The notes beneath the pieces were generated by a model. It worked only from the letters and a program-made list of their open reading frames with translations. It made no database searches and had not been told where the DNA came from. From Oligoflexales bacterium (GTDB lineage: Bacteria > Bdellovibrionota_B > Oligoflexia > Oligoflexales > Bog-1112), in assembly GCA_045106415.1 (NCBI GenBank), contig JBGCEP010000012.1, forward strand, positions 1-64,000: a stretch of DNA of 64,000 bases. The letters run 5' to 3'. Within the stretch, counting starts at the first letter, position 1, and every line of letters starts with the position of its first letter. Positions 10,230 through 19,212 of this stretch are shown here, in pieces. The translations under genes were made by a program, and so were the position numbers.

Positions 10230-10760
10230 TTGAAAAGTCACAAATCAAAATTCTGGCTTGAAAAACCCATGGCTCATTTTTCCGAGGAAGAATGGGAATC
10301 TTTGTGTGATGGTTGTGGTCGTTGTTGCCTCAATAAAGTGGAGTATATCGATGTTCAAGAAATTCACTTCACAAATATTTCCTGCTCTGAACTAGACTGT
10401 TCCACAGGACTCTGTCGCTCATACGCGAATCGCCAAAAAAAGGTTCCCGATTGCCTTAAAATCACACCTCAAAATATTAAGAGCATGACCTGCCTTCCAC
10501 CATCCTGTGGATATAAGTTGGTTGCAGCTCAGAAAGACCTTCCAGATTGGCATCCTTTGCAATGTGGCCTATCATCAGGTCCAGAAAAAGCACAAATGAG
10601 TGTGAAAGGGAAAATAATTTCAGAAGAAGATATCACTGGTGAGCTTGATGATTTTTTAATTAAGTGGGTTCCTCCACTTGACGCTGAAACAGGAAACGTC
10701 CTACAAACTTCTACAACATCTTTCAAAAAGTCTAAAGAAGACTTCAAAGATGAGTTATAA
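10230..10760 (+). CDS. ycgN: YcgN/UPF0260 cysteine-cluster protein
   Basis: EWESLCDGCGRCC, VPDC, LPPSCGY and WHPL motifs. Confidence 0.9.
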   Translation: MKSHKSKFWLEKPMAHFSEEEWESLCDGCGRCCLNKVEYIDVQEIHFTNISCSELDCSTGLCRSYANRQKKVPDCLKITPQNIKSMTCLPPSCGYKLVAAQKDLPDWHPLQCGLSSGPEKAQMSVKGKIISEEDITGELDDFLIKWVPPLDAETGNVLQTSTTSFKKSKEDFKDEL

Positions 10761-10781
10761 CTTTAAAGCTAAAGGTACACC

Positions 10782-11570
10782 ATGAAGCCATTTGACAAGT
10801 ATGCCTACTACAACCAATCTGTTCAGTCCCCTGAAGCCGATGTCGACTTCTTGCATATGGCGTACACCAAACTACGTGGAAAAGAGCCTCAGACGCTCCG
10901 TGAAGACTTCTGTGGAACTTTTTCCGTCTGCCGAACTTGGGTTCAAGGTTCAACACAGCATCACGCTGTAGGCATCGATTTAGATCCTGAACCTATCGCC
11001 TACGGAAAAGAACATGAATGGTCTCAACTCTCTGACCAAGAAAAACAACGGCTCACCATTCACCAAACAAACGTTCTTAACCCAGAAATTCCAAGCGCAG
11101 ATATCGTCTGCGCTCTCAACTTTAGTTACTTTATTTTTAAGGAAAGAAAACTTCTTAAATCTTACTTTCAAAACGTTTACAACACACTGGAAGAAGGTGG
11201 TGTCTTCGTTGTTGATTGCTTCGGCGGCAGTCAATGCCACGAGCCCATTGAAGATGAAACCGAATATGAAGATCTCGGCTTCAGCTACTATTGGGACCAG
11301 GATTCCTTCGACCCCATCACAAATGAAGCTCAATTTTACATCCACTTTCAACGCGACGGTGAAGCAAAACGAGAACAAGTTTTCTCATACGACTGGCGCA
11401 TGTGGACCCTACCTGAACTCAAAGATATCCTTGAAGAAGTTGGATTTAAAAAATCTCAAATCTTTTGGGAAGGGACAGAGGACGATGGAAGCGGAAACGG
11501 TGTGTTTGAAATGACAGACAAAGGAGAAGCCTGTGAAGCATGGGTCGCATATATTGCTGCCTGTAAATAA
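10782..11570 (+). CDS. Class I SAM-dependent methyltransferase
   Basis: LREDFCGT motif I, GIDLD, and GGVFVVDCFGG. Confidence 0.85.
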   Translation: MKPFDKYAYYNQSVQSPEADVDFLHMAYTKLRGKEPQTLREDFCGTFSVCRTWVQGSTQHHAVGIDLDPEPIAYGKEHEWSQLSDQEKQRLTIHQTNVLNPEIPSADIVCALNFSYFIFKERKLLKSYFQNVYNTLEEGGVFVVDCFGGSQCHEPIEDETEYEDLGFSYYWDQDSFDPITNEAQFYIHFQRDGEAKREQVFSYDWRMWTLPELKDILEEVGFKKSQIFWEGTEDDGSGNGVFEMTDKGEACEAWVAYIAACK

Positions 11571-11587
11571 CACATAGGCCTCAATAC

Positions 11588-11625
11588 ATAAGCCGCTAAT
11601 CGCTTGTTAAGCCTTAGCGGCTTAT
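11588..11625. terminator. 12-bp inverted repeat downstream of the methyltransferase
   Basis: ATAAGCCGCTAA-14 nt-TTAGCGGCTTAT; no U-tract follows. Confidence 0.45.
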
Positions 11626-11799
11626 AGAACATGACCACAGCAGTCACAATGCCTCTAGAAAAATTCCTCACAGTTCTCATACCGCGGCAAAAAAAACAAT
11701 AAGCTATGAATATAAAAAGAAAAAATGAGAAAACATCTTTTAAAAATTACGTATTTCTCCCCATTGTTTCTCAACATTCCCTCCTGTATAAAATAGTCA

Positions 11800-11911
11800 T
11801 AGCGGATCTCAGCACTCAAATCACCGCAGCTTGGAACATCAGGTCACTCAACCTCTCTTTGCTCCAAGAGCTCGCTCTCAGTTCCATCACGACTGAGAGC
11901 GATTTTTTTTT
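11800..11911 (+). ncRNA. Candidate three-hairpin small RNA with intrinsic terminator
   Basis: A promoter-like TTGTTT...TATAAAAT (11764-11794) precedes it. Two hairpins carry CACTCA in their loops. The terminator is TCGCTCTCAGT/ACTGAGAGCGA followed by a T9 run. Confidence 0.65.
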
Positions 11912-11934
11912 ATCAAATAAAAAATTCGTGATAT

Positions 11935-12303
11935 ATGCTTCATGAGCACTGTGCTGCTATGGAGATCGAGCTCATTCAACTCAACACCACTCACAACGAA
12001 CTGATTGAAGTCATCCGCGCCACAGGTGAGAGGCTTGCTCAACAAAGACAGGCCACCCAGCGCCTTAAGGATTTAGCGCCGACAAAGCGCCAACAACTGG
12101 TACAAAAGCTAAGACCAGAGTCACGCTCTGTCGCTCAAGCTGAGCGAAAAGCCCTCCTCCACGAAGATTACTTACAGCTTCTCGAAGAAATATTAGAAGC
12201 ACGCCAAAAGCTTTTTCAACTTAAAGTTCAGTGGGAAGATGCTCAGATGCTTTACAATGCCAGAAAAAGTCTCGATTCTTGGCATAAAGCTTTTCTTTTT
12301 TGA
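11935..12303 (+). CDS. Hypothetical coiled-coil protein
   Basis: 122-aa helical ORF containing 'SVAQAERKAL...Y'. Confidence 0.65.
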   Translation: MLHEHCAAMEIELIQLNTTHNELIEVIRATGERLAQQRQATQRLKDLAPTKRQQLVQKLRPESRSVAQAERKALLHEDYLQLLEEILEARQKLFQLKVQWEDAQMLYNARKSLDSWHKAFLF

Positions 12304-12372
12304 AATTTAGACTAAATTAATCATGATCAAGTTGTTTCAATCAATCCCTTTGTCCACCTATGGGAGCAGAGT

Positions 12373-14319
12373 ATGTCTTCGGTGTTTTTCATCATGATTG
12401 TAGGATCTTCTTTCGGTTTTTTTGCATACAGAGTTTCTCAAGCCTGGAAAGAACTCCACGCTGCAGCAACAGGGAAAGATGTTTTAGCTGAAATTTCTTT
12501 TAGCACAAAAGTCAAAACAATTCTTTTTGAAGGCTTTGCTCAAGCAAAACTTTTTAAAGACCCTGTTCCTGGGATCATGCACGCTATGATTTTTTGGGGC
12601 TTTCTTGTCGTCAGCCTTGGAACCTTAGAAACTTTACTTGAAGGCGTGATTCCACATTTTCGGTTTTCTTGGATCATTGGAGAAGGTTTTTTATACAAAG
12701 GGTTTTTAGTCTCTCAAGATATTGGTAATACAGTTGTGGCTATTGCTATTTTGTTTGCCATCTGCAGACGCTTATTTTTTCCTCCAGAGCGACTTCAAAC
12801 TCTTTCTCAAGAGGCTAAAAATGATGCCTATATCGTCTTAAGTTTTATCCTAACCCTTGTCACTAGTGAACTTATGAGTATGGGAAGTGATCCTGCTCTT
12901 TCTGTTTTCTTTCTTCCTGTTTCACACCTTTTTCAAATACTTTTATCTGAGAGCGCACATCCTATCGCATGGTGGCTTCATGTATTTACATTATGCGGCT
13001 TTGTTATTTATCTTCCGACTTCAAAACACCAGCATCTCATTTGGATTTGGCCTAACCTCTTTTACAAACAACATCGATCTAGTGGGTGGTTGCGCCCTAT
13101 GGAGTTTGATGAAGAAGCCGAATCTTTTGGGGTTGGTCATGCCTCAGAATTCACATGGAAACAACTTCTTGAATCCAAAGCATGCGTCGAATGCGGAAGA
13201 TGCACCTCAGTATGTCCAGCCCACACAACAGGAAAGAAGCTCGACCCTCGACATATGATTCATCATCTTAAAGACGGACTTGCCCAAGCAAAAGAAAACC
13301 CTAAAATGCCGGGTGGCATCGTCAGCCAAGAAGAACTCTGGGCATGCACAACATGTGGAGCATGTGTCGATGCATGCCCTCTGCATATTGAGCACATTCC
13401 AGCTATTGTTGATATGCGACGCTATCTCACTATGACCGAAGGTGATGTCCCTGCAGAACTTCAAAGCACACTCGAAAATTTAGAAGTTCACTCGAACCCT
13501 TGGGGCATGAATAACGACGATAGAGAAAAATGGGCCGAAGGCCTGAATGTCCCAGTCATGAGAGAAAAGGACGAAGCTCCTGAGTACTTATTTTGGGTCG
13601 GCTGCGCAGGTGCTTTTGATGATCGCTACAAAAACGTAACTCAATCCACTGCAAAAATTATGCAAAACGCAGGCCTTGATTTCGCTATTCTTGGAAAAGA
13701 AGAACGCTGCAACGGCGATACAGCAAGAAGAGCTGGAAATGAATATTTAGCATCGATGCAAATCGCTGAGAATGTCGAGACCTTCAAACGCTACAAAGTA
13801 CAAAAAGTAGTCACAGGCTGCCCTCATTGCTTCAACACACTCCGCAACGAATACCCTGACTTTGATTGCAACCTAGAAGTCATTCACCACAGCGAACTTA
13901 TTGAATCTTTAGTCAACGATGGAAAAATCACCCCTAAACAATCTAATGACGTTTCCAGCGTGACATGGCACGATTCCTGCTACCTTGGTCGTCACAACAA
14001 AGTCTACGACAGCCCCAGAAAAGCCCTCAGCAGCACCGTCCCTGAAGTCGTTGAAATGCCTCGCAACAAATCAAACGGTTTCTGCTGCGGCGCTGGTGGC
14101 GCAAGAATGTGGATGGAAGAAACAGAAGGAGAACGAGTCAACGTCAATAGAGCTAAAGAAGCCATAGCAACTGGGGTCTCAACTGTTGCTACCGGTTGCC
14201 CTTTCTGCCTTACCATGCTCACAGACGGAGTCACAGCAGAAGAAGCCTCTGACAAAGTTCAAGTAAAAGATGTTGCAGAAATTATAGCTGAAGCACTTCC
14301 TGATCATCAACCTAGCTGA
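12373..14319 (+). CDS. Membrane-bound heterodisulfide reductase-related Fe-S oxidoreductase (FadF-like)
   Basis: N-terminal TM domain, two CxxCxxCxxxCP ferredoxin motifs and two CCG-type domains (HDSCYLGRHN, CCGAGG, GCPFC). Confidence 0.9.
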   Translation: MSSVFFIMIVGSSFGFFAYRVSQAWKELHAAATGKDVLAEISFSTKVKTILFEGFAQAKLFKDPVPGIMHAMIFWGFLVVSLGTLETLLEGVIPHFRFSWIIGEGFLYKGFLVSQDIGNTVVAIAILFAICRRLFFPPERLQTLSQEAKNDAYIVLSFILTLVTSELMSMGSDPALSVFFLPVSHLFQILLSESAHPIAWWLHVFTLCGFVIYLPTSKHQHLIWIWPNLFYKQHRSSGWLRPMEFDEEAESFGVGHASEFTWKQLLESKACVECGRCTSVCPAHTTGKKLDPRHMIHHLKDGLAQAKENPKMPGGIVSQEELWACTTCGACVDACPLHIEHIPAIVDMRRYLTMTEGDVPAELQSTLENLEVHSNPWGMNNDDREKWAEGLNVPVMREKDEAPEYLFWVGCAGAFDDRYKNVTQSTAKIMQNAGLDFAILGKEERCNGDTARRAGNEYLASMQIAENVETFKRYKVQKVVTGCPHCFNTLRNEYPDFDCNLEVIHHSELIESLVNDGKITPKQSNDVSSVTWHDSCYLGRHNKVYDSPRKALSSTVPEVVEMPRNKSNGFCCGAGGARMWMEETEGERVNVNRAKEAIATGVSTVATGCPFCLTMLTDGVTAEEASDKVQVKDVAEIIAEALPDHQPS

Positions 14320-15215
14320 TGAAGGGTGTTCCTTAACCCAGAACCCGTTGCGACAAGGCGTATGGAACCACGTGGGAACATACGCTTTGCCAACCCTGAC
14401 AAGACTTGCCCAGGTCCACACTCTACAAACGTCTCACACCCCGCTTCTCGAGCTTCACACATACTCTTGTACCAAAGAACCGGAGCTGTAATCTGCTGTT
14501 CCAAAAAATCTGGGGAATACTGTGATACCACTTCACCACTCACATTCGGAATCATTGAATACCGTGAAGGCTGGTAGCTCATCTTGTGAATATAAAACGA
14601 CATTTCATCTTGTGCAGGTTGCATCAAAGAAGAGTGAAAAGGAGCACTCACAGGTAAAGGAATAATCCGCACCCCAGTTAAATACTCTGACAGTTCATCC
14701 AAAGATTTTTTATGGCCAGAGACAATAATTTGAGTCTCAGCATTCAGGTTTGCAACTTCAACAACGCCTGACTTAACTTGAAGACAAGCTGCTCGTACAG
14801 ATTGCTCATCTAAACCAATCACTGCTGACATTCCACCAATACCAGCAGGAACTGCGTTCTGCATGGCTGCACCACGCATACGTACAACCTTAGCTGCTTC
14901 ACACAGGTCCAAGACTCCGCTACACACAAGCGCAGAGTACTCACCCAAACTGTGCCCAGCAACAAGAGAAGGAGAAATACCAGCTTCTTGCTCCAAAACC
15001 TTCCACATAGCGACAGAAACCGCTAATAAAGATGGTTGTTGAAACTCTGAAAGACGAAGCTGGTCTTCTGGACCTTCTGCACAGAGGCTTCGAATCCTTA
15101 AAGATGTCGAATCCTCAACAGCTTCAAAGATCAAAGATGTATAAGGAAAAAGATCAAGAACCTCTCGACTCATCCCTATGGACTGAGATCCTTGGCCCGG
15201 AAACATCACGAGCAT
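14307..15215 (-). CDS. fabD: Malonyl-CoA:ACP transacylase
   Basis: FPGQGSQ, GHSLGEY and VSAPFHS. Confidence 0.96.
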   Translation of the reverse strand: MLVMFPGQGSQSIGMSREVLDLFPYTSLIFEAVEDSTSLRIRSLCAEGPEDQLRLSEFQQPSLLAVSVAMWKVLEQEAGISPSLVAGHSLGEYSALVCSGVLDLCEAAKVVRMRGAAMQNAVPAGIGGMSAVIGLDEQSVRAACLQVKSGVVEVANLNAETQIIVSGHKKSLDELSEYLTGVRIIPLPVSAPFHSSLMQPAQDEMSFYIHKMSYQPSRYSMIPNVSGEVVSQYSPDFLEQQITAPVLWYKSMCEAREAGCETFVECGPGQVLSGLAKRMFPRGSIRLVATGSGLRNTLHQLG

Positions 15216-15240
15216 AGCTGACTCACAGGAAATCTAGTGA

Positions 15241-15444
15241 TTATTGAAAATCTTGATCGCCTTGAAGATCACGCTGACGCTTCACTTCAACACCTTTGTA
15301 AGTGCTGCAAGCTTGGCATGCTCGGTGAGGACGACAAGTTTCACCACACTTAGAGCATACAGCGCGAGATGGTGACGTCAAACCATGATGAGATCGACGC
15401 ATGTTTCTTTTGGACGCGGAGGTCCGGAACTTAGGTACTGGCAT
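15241..15444 (-). CDS. rpmF: 50S ribosomal protein L32 (zinc-ribbon form)
   Basis: MPVPKFRTSASKRNMRRSH with CSKC...PHRACQAC; SD AGGAG. Confidence 0.96.
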   Translation of the reverse strand: MPVPKFRTSASKRNMRRSHHGLTSPSRAVCSKCGETCRPHRACQACSTYKGVEVKRQRDLQGDQDFQ

Positions 15445-15454
15445 GACTGACTCC

Positions 15455-15645
15455 TAACATAACCCAGTCTAGAACTTGACATATCTCACTCTGAACTAAT
15501 GTTCAGAGCTTTCGGATTCTAGGCAATTTACCGACAAGGTCGCCCTCGAAAAGACGGTCTTACAACCTCTCATCCAATAGTTGGTGCCTCAACTATTTCT
15601 AAAACGGAAGCTATGAGAACAAACCCAAAGGCCTCTACTCTAGAG
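15455..15645 (-). promoter_or_regulatory. Long structured 5' leader of rpmF-fabD (candidate cis-regulatory RNA)
   Basis: Nested stems TCTCAT/ATGAGA, AATAGTTG/CAACTATT, CGTCTT-TTCG-AGGGCG and CTCTGAAC/GTTCAGAG. A TTGCCT -35-like hexamer sits at 15679-15674. Confidence 0.5.
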
Positions 15646-15742
15646 CAGACTATTTAAATGATTCACTCTTAAAAGGCAAGGACTAAACTCACAAACACCG
15701 TCACCATGGGTTTTTGGCCAATAAACAATTTGATCCAAACAA

Positions 15743-16618
15743 TCACATGCCGACAAGTTCAGTCAAAATAATTGTTTTCCCATCAGCAAGAATAAGACCT
15801 GAGACATAAAGATTTTCTCGTCTTTTTAAAATTTCTTTTCCCCAGGCTTGGTAAAAAAAAGATAACACCGCCCGACCTCCTGTTGCATCTCTCACTTCAA
15901 TCTCACACTTAGCTAAGCGGTTCTGTTGCTTTAAACACTCACGCAGACTTGCAGAGCGATACCTTAAAGGCCCGACTTGAATTGTCCTCCCAACATAATC
16001 ACCTAAAGACTTCAAAGAAATCGTCGACTTTATAAGCTGCACAGCAGGGGGAAGTTGAGGAGGGGTTCTTGTGACGCTATTCTTCAAACGGGGGCGGAAT
16101 AATCCATTTGACTCAGCAAAATAAAGACCTAAAAGCACAATCATGGTCATAACAACATAAGGAATATAGCGAGTTGCCTTCTGCCAGGACCTCTTCGCCG
16201 CTTTTTTGTCTTGGCGATACTTCAGTCCTTTTACTGCTTCTGCCGCTTTTCCCGAAGGGTTACGAGCTCTTTTTAGCTCTCGATCTCTTCTACGACCTGG
16301 ATTTTTTTCAGGTAGCTTTACTTTGTGTTGTTTTCTCAAACTCCTACGACCGACAGCTTCTGGAGAAGCAAGCCCTAGAAAAGAGTTACGGTCACCATGC
16401 TGAGATAATAAAGTTTCCTCCTTATCCTTGAACGCCGCCCCTCTTACTTCAAAAATTCGTTCTTCTTGCATAATTTTTCTGAACACAGGAGAGCCTTGAA
16501 TAGCAATATAATCATATAGATGTGCTTTACCCAAACGTAGATGCTCACGAACTTGACGCCCTTGGAAAGGGCCTTCTTTTTGTCCTGAAGACGCATTCAT
16601 AATCATCCACTGAGCCAT
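15743..16618 (-). CDS. Membrane protein with N-terminal GYF_2/DUF4339-like domain
   Basis: N-terminal W...QKEGPF...L..G..., a basic linker, a single TM helix and a beta-rich C-terminal domain. Confidence 0.6.
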   Translation of the reverse strand: MAQWMIMNASSGQKEGPFQGRQVREHLRLGKAHLYDYIAIQGSPVFRKIMQEERIFEVRGAAFKDKEETLLSQHGDRNSFLGLASPEAVGRRSLRKQHKVKLPEKNPGRRRDRELKRARNPSGKAAEAVKGLKYRQDKKAAKRSWQKATRYIPYVVMTMIVLLGLYFAESNGLFRPRLKNSVTRTPPQLPPAVQLIKSTISLKSLGDYVGRTIQVGPLRYRSASLRECLKQQNRLAKCEIEVRDATGGRAVLSFFYQAWGKEILKRRENLYVSGLILADGKTIILTELVGM

Positions 16619-16703
16619 AGCAACCCTTTCTCATCCAGTTTTTTTATCGCTCTTTCTTTATTATAATCCCGAGAGATCATAAATATATTGCAATCAACAC
16701 ATA

Positions 16704-17306
16704 TTGTGCCTATCATCCGAAACCTGTTGGACTTTCGACAAGCAATTGGACACAAACATGAAACTCTCTACATCCGATTTTTCTCTGACAAAAAGCAATG
16801 ATATCCACATCGACGGTTCAGAAAATTGGCTTCAACTCATTTATGACGAATTTAAAAGCACAACTTCGCAACACCCCCCAAAAGTGACAGGCTTACTCAA
16901 TTGGAGGCAGGTTAGTTTTCAAGATTATAAAATAACAGGTGAGGTAACATGCTCTCTGCATATCACCTGCACTCGCTGTAATACCAAATTATTTCACACC
17001 TTCCATGAGAAGATCCTCAGTCACTTCACAACACGCAACACCCCAGATTCTCAAGGTGAACACGAAAGCATTGAATTTAATAAAAACACACCTGAACCCC
17101 TCGAAAATAGTGAGGTCGATCTCAGTCAGTTTTTATTTGACACAATTTTATTGAATATCCCAGCTCAGACACACCTTATCAAAGAACATAAATGCCTTGC
17201 CGAAGCAGCTGAAAATAAAGATGGGGACACCCTCTTGCACAGCACTCCTTCAAAAAACAGCCCTTTTGCTGTCCTTGAAAAACTTAAACACACCCCAAAC
17301 CACTGA
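16704..17306 (+). CDS. yceD: DUF177/YceD large-subunit rRNA accumulation protein (likely start ATG 16758)
   Basis: CTRC, 'VDLSQFLFDTILLNIP' and C-terminal SPFAVLEKLK. Confidence 0.85.
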   Translation: MCLSSETCWTFDKQLDTNMKLSTSDFSLTKSNDIHIDGSENWLQLIYDEFKSTTSQHPPKVTGLLNWRQVSFQDYKITGEVTCSLHITCTRCNTKLFHTFHEKILSHFTTRNTPDSQGEHESIEFNKNTPEPLENSEVDLSQFLFDTILLNIPAQTHLIKEHKCLAEAAENKDGDTLLHSTPSKNSPFAVLEKLKHTPNH

Positions 17307-17331
17307 TTTCTTTTATAAAAAAAGAAATCAG
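17303..17331. terminator. 12-bp inverted repeat at the yceD stop
   Basis: CTGATTTCTTTT-ATAAA-AAAAGAAATCAG. Confidence 0.5.
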
Positions 17332-17347
17332 AATATGAAAAAACAGA

Positions 17348-17376
17348 TTGAATGCTGAGAAATTTTCTAGTATATT
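17348..17376 (+). promoter_or_regulatory. sigma70 promoter of the rpsB operon
   Basis: TTGAAT-17 nt-TATATT. Confidence 0.65.
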
Positions 17377-17380
17377 TCGG

Positions 17381-17470
17381 TTCCGCTGTATGCGGAATTT
17401 TTAATACGCAGGTTTCCTATACGAAGGTCATTATTAATGCCTAAGGAAACCGAGGAACAACCTTCGTTTG
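17381..17470 (+). promoter_or_regulatory. rpsB leader (t44/S2 autoregulatory element)
   Basis: Hairpin TTCCGC/GCGGAA and stem GGTTTCCT(17411-18)/AGGAAACC(17444-51). Pseudoknot ACGAAGGT(17421-28)/ACCTTCGT(17460-67). Located directly 5' of rpsB. Confidence 0.75.
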
Positions 17471-17483
17471 AATGGAGTCAAAC

Positions 17484-18266
17484 ATGTCCCAGAACATCAG
17501 TGTTCGAGAACTTCTCGAAGCCGGCGCTCACTACGGTCACCAGTGCCGCCGTTGGAATCCAAAAATGAAACGCTATATCTTCGGCGCTCGCAACGGAATC
17601 CATATCATCGATCTTCAAAAAACAGTCAACTGCTTCCGTCGCGCCTGCGAGTTTACTGAAAACGTAACAGCAAAAGGTGGTCACTTCCTGTTTGTTGGAT
17701 CAAAACGCCAAGCTTCTGAAATCATTCAAGAAGAAGCAAACCGATCAAACATGTACTTCATTAACCACCGCTGGTTAGGTGGCACATTGACAAACTACCC
17801 AACAATTCGCAAAAGCATTCACCGCTTAAAGCGTATTGAAAAAATGGCTGCTGACGGAACTTACGACAAGCTCACTAAAAAAGAAGCTCTTAGCCTAGAA
17901 AAAGAACGCGAAAAGCTTGACCGTAACCTTGGTGGCATCAAAGACATGCCAGGTCTTCCTGCTGCTATTTTTGTTGCTGACGCACACAAAGAGCACATTG
18001 CTGTTAAAGAAGCACGCAAACTTGGTATCCCAATCGTAGCGATCACAGATACAAATGCTGACCCAGCACTTATCGATTTCGTTATCCCAGGTAATGATGA
18101 CAGCATCAAATCTCTCCAACTTTTCGCAAGCACTATTGCTGACGCTTGTATCGCTGGACGCAAAAAAGTCCGCAACAACCAGCAAGAAAAAGCTGAAAGC
18201 CAACACAAAGACGGAACGATCACAGATCGCGAAGGTCACAGTGTCAAGGTTGTAAAAAAGAAATAA
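17484..18266 (+). CDS. rpsB: 30S ribosomal protein S2
   Basis: [25 protein letters not shown] and IPGNDD. GGAG precedes ATG 17484. Confidence 0.98.
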   Translation: MSQNISVRELLEAGAHYGHQCRRWNPKMKRYIFGARNGIHIIDLQKTVNCFRRACEFTENVTAKGGHFLFVGSKRQASEIIQEEANRSNMYFINHRWLGGTLTNYPTIRKSIHRLKRIEKMAADGTYDKLTKKEALSLEKEREKLDRNLGGIKDMPGLPAAIFVADAHKEHIAVKEARKLGIPIVAITDTNADPALIDFVIPGNDDSIKSLQLFASTIADACIAGRKKVRNNQQEKAESQHKDGTITDREGHSVKVVKKK

Positions 18267-18297
18267 GTTCGACAATACTTTTTAAAAGGGGATTCTC

Positions 18298-19185
18298 GTG
18301 GCTATCACCGCATCTCAAGTTAAAGAACTTCGTCAGCGCACAGGCGCTGGCATGATGGATTGCAAAAAAGCTCTTACTGAAAAAGATGGAGATCTTGAAT
18401 CAGCAATCCAGTGGCTTCGTGAAAAAGGTATTTCTCGCGCAGCAAAAAAAGCAGGCCGCACAGCCGCTGAGGGCGTTGTCACTGTTCGCGTAAGCGAAGA
18501 CAACAAAACCGGCGTAGTCATTGAACTCAACTGCGAAACAGACTTTTCCGCTCGCAACGAAGAGTTCCAAAAGTTCGCAACTGTCACAGCTGATGTCGCT
18601 CTAGCAAACAAAACAAATAGCGCCGAACAGCTTCTTGAGTGCAATCATGAAGGAAAAACCCTTCAAGACACACTTACAGCACTCATTGCAACTGTTGGCG
18701 AAAACATGAAAATTCGCCGTGTTCATTGCCTTGAGGCAAAAGACGGCGTTGTCGCTGGGTACACTCACATGGGTGGAAAAATTGGTTCTTTAGTCGCTCT
18801 TTCTGGAGCTGCTCCAGAAGCAACAGCCAACGATGTTGCTATGCACATTGCTGCTGCTGCCCCTCGTTTCTTACAACGAGAAGAAGTTGGCACAGTAGAG
18901 CTTGACAAAGAAAAAGAAGTCATTCGTAAGCGTCTGCAAGAACAAGGAAAGCCTGAAGCAATTATTGAAAAGGCACTTCTTGGTCAAATCAACTCCTATT
19001 ACGGAGAAGTTTGCCTTATAGACCAACCTTTTGTTAAAGAACCCAAGAAGAAGGTTGCACAATACGTGAAAGAATCTAATGCTGATTCTACTATCACGGG
19101 CTTTGCTCGCTTCCAACTTGGCGAAGGCATTGAGGTTGCCGAGACAAACTTTGCTGAGGAAGTTGCAGCTCAAATTAAATCTTAA
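18298..19185 (+). CDS. tsf: Elongation factor Ts
   Basis: VKELRQRTGAGMMDCKKAL and NCETDF. Confidence 0.98.
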   Translation: MAITASQVKELRQRTGAGMMDCKKALTEKDGDLESAIQWLREKGISRAAKKAGRTAAEGVVTVRVSEDNKTGVVIELNCETDFSARNEEFQKFATVTADVALANKTNSAEQLLECNHEGKTLQDTLTALIATVGENMKIRRVHCLEAKDGVVAGYTHMGGKIGSLVALSGAAPEATANDVAMHIAAAAPRFLQREEVGTVELDKEKEVIRKRLQEQGKPEAIIEKALLGQINSYYGEVCLIDQPFVKEPKKKVAQYVKESNADSTITGFARFQLGEGIEVAETNFAEEVAAQIKS

Positions 19186-19212
19186 TCTCTCGGCCTCGAT
19201 AAGGGGAATCTC

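Noticed and set aside
11706..11945. 79-aa ORF over the sRNA candidate
   Set aside because: It runs through a strong terminator and promoter-like sequence and has no recognisable motif.
15700..17340. Phase-variable invertible segment around yceD
   Set aside because: No matching inverted repeats at the two ends and no recombinase nearby.
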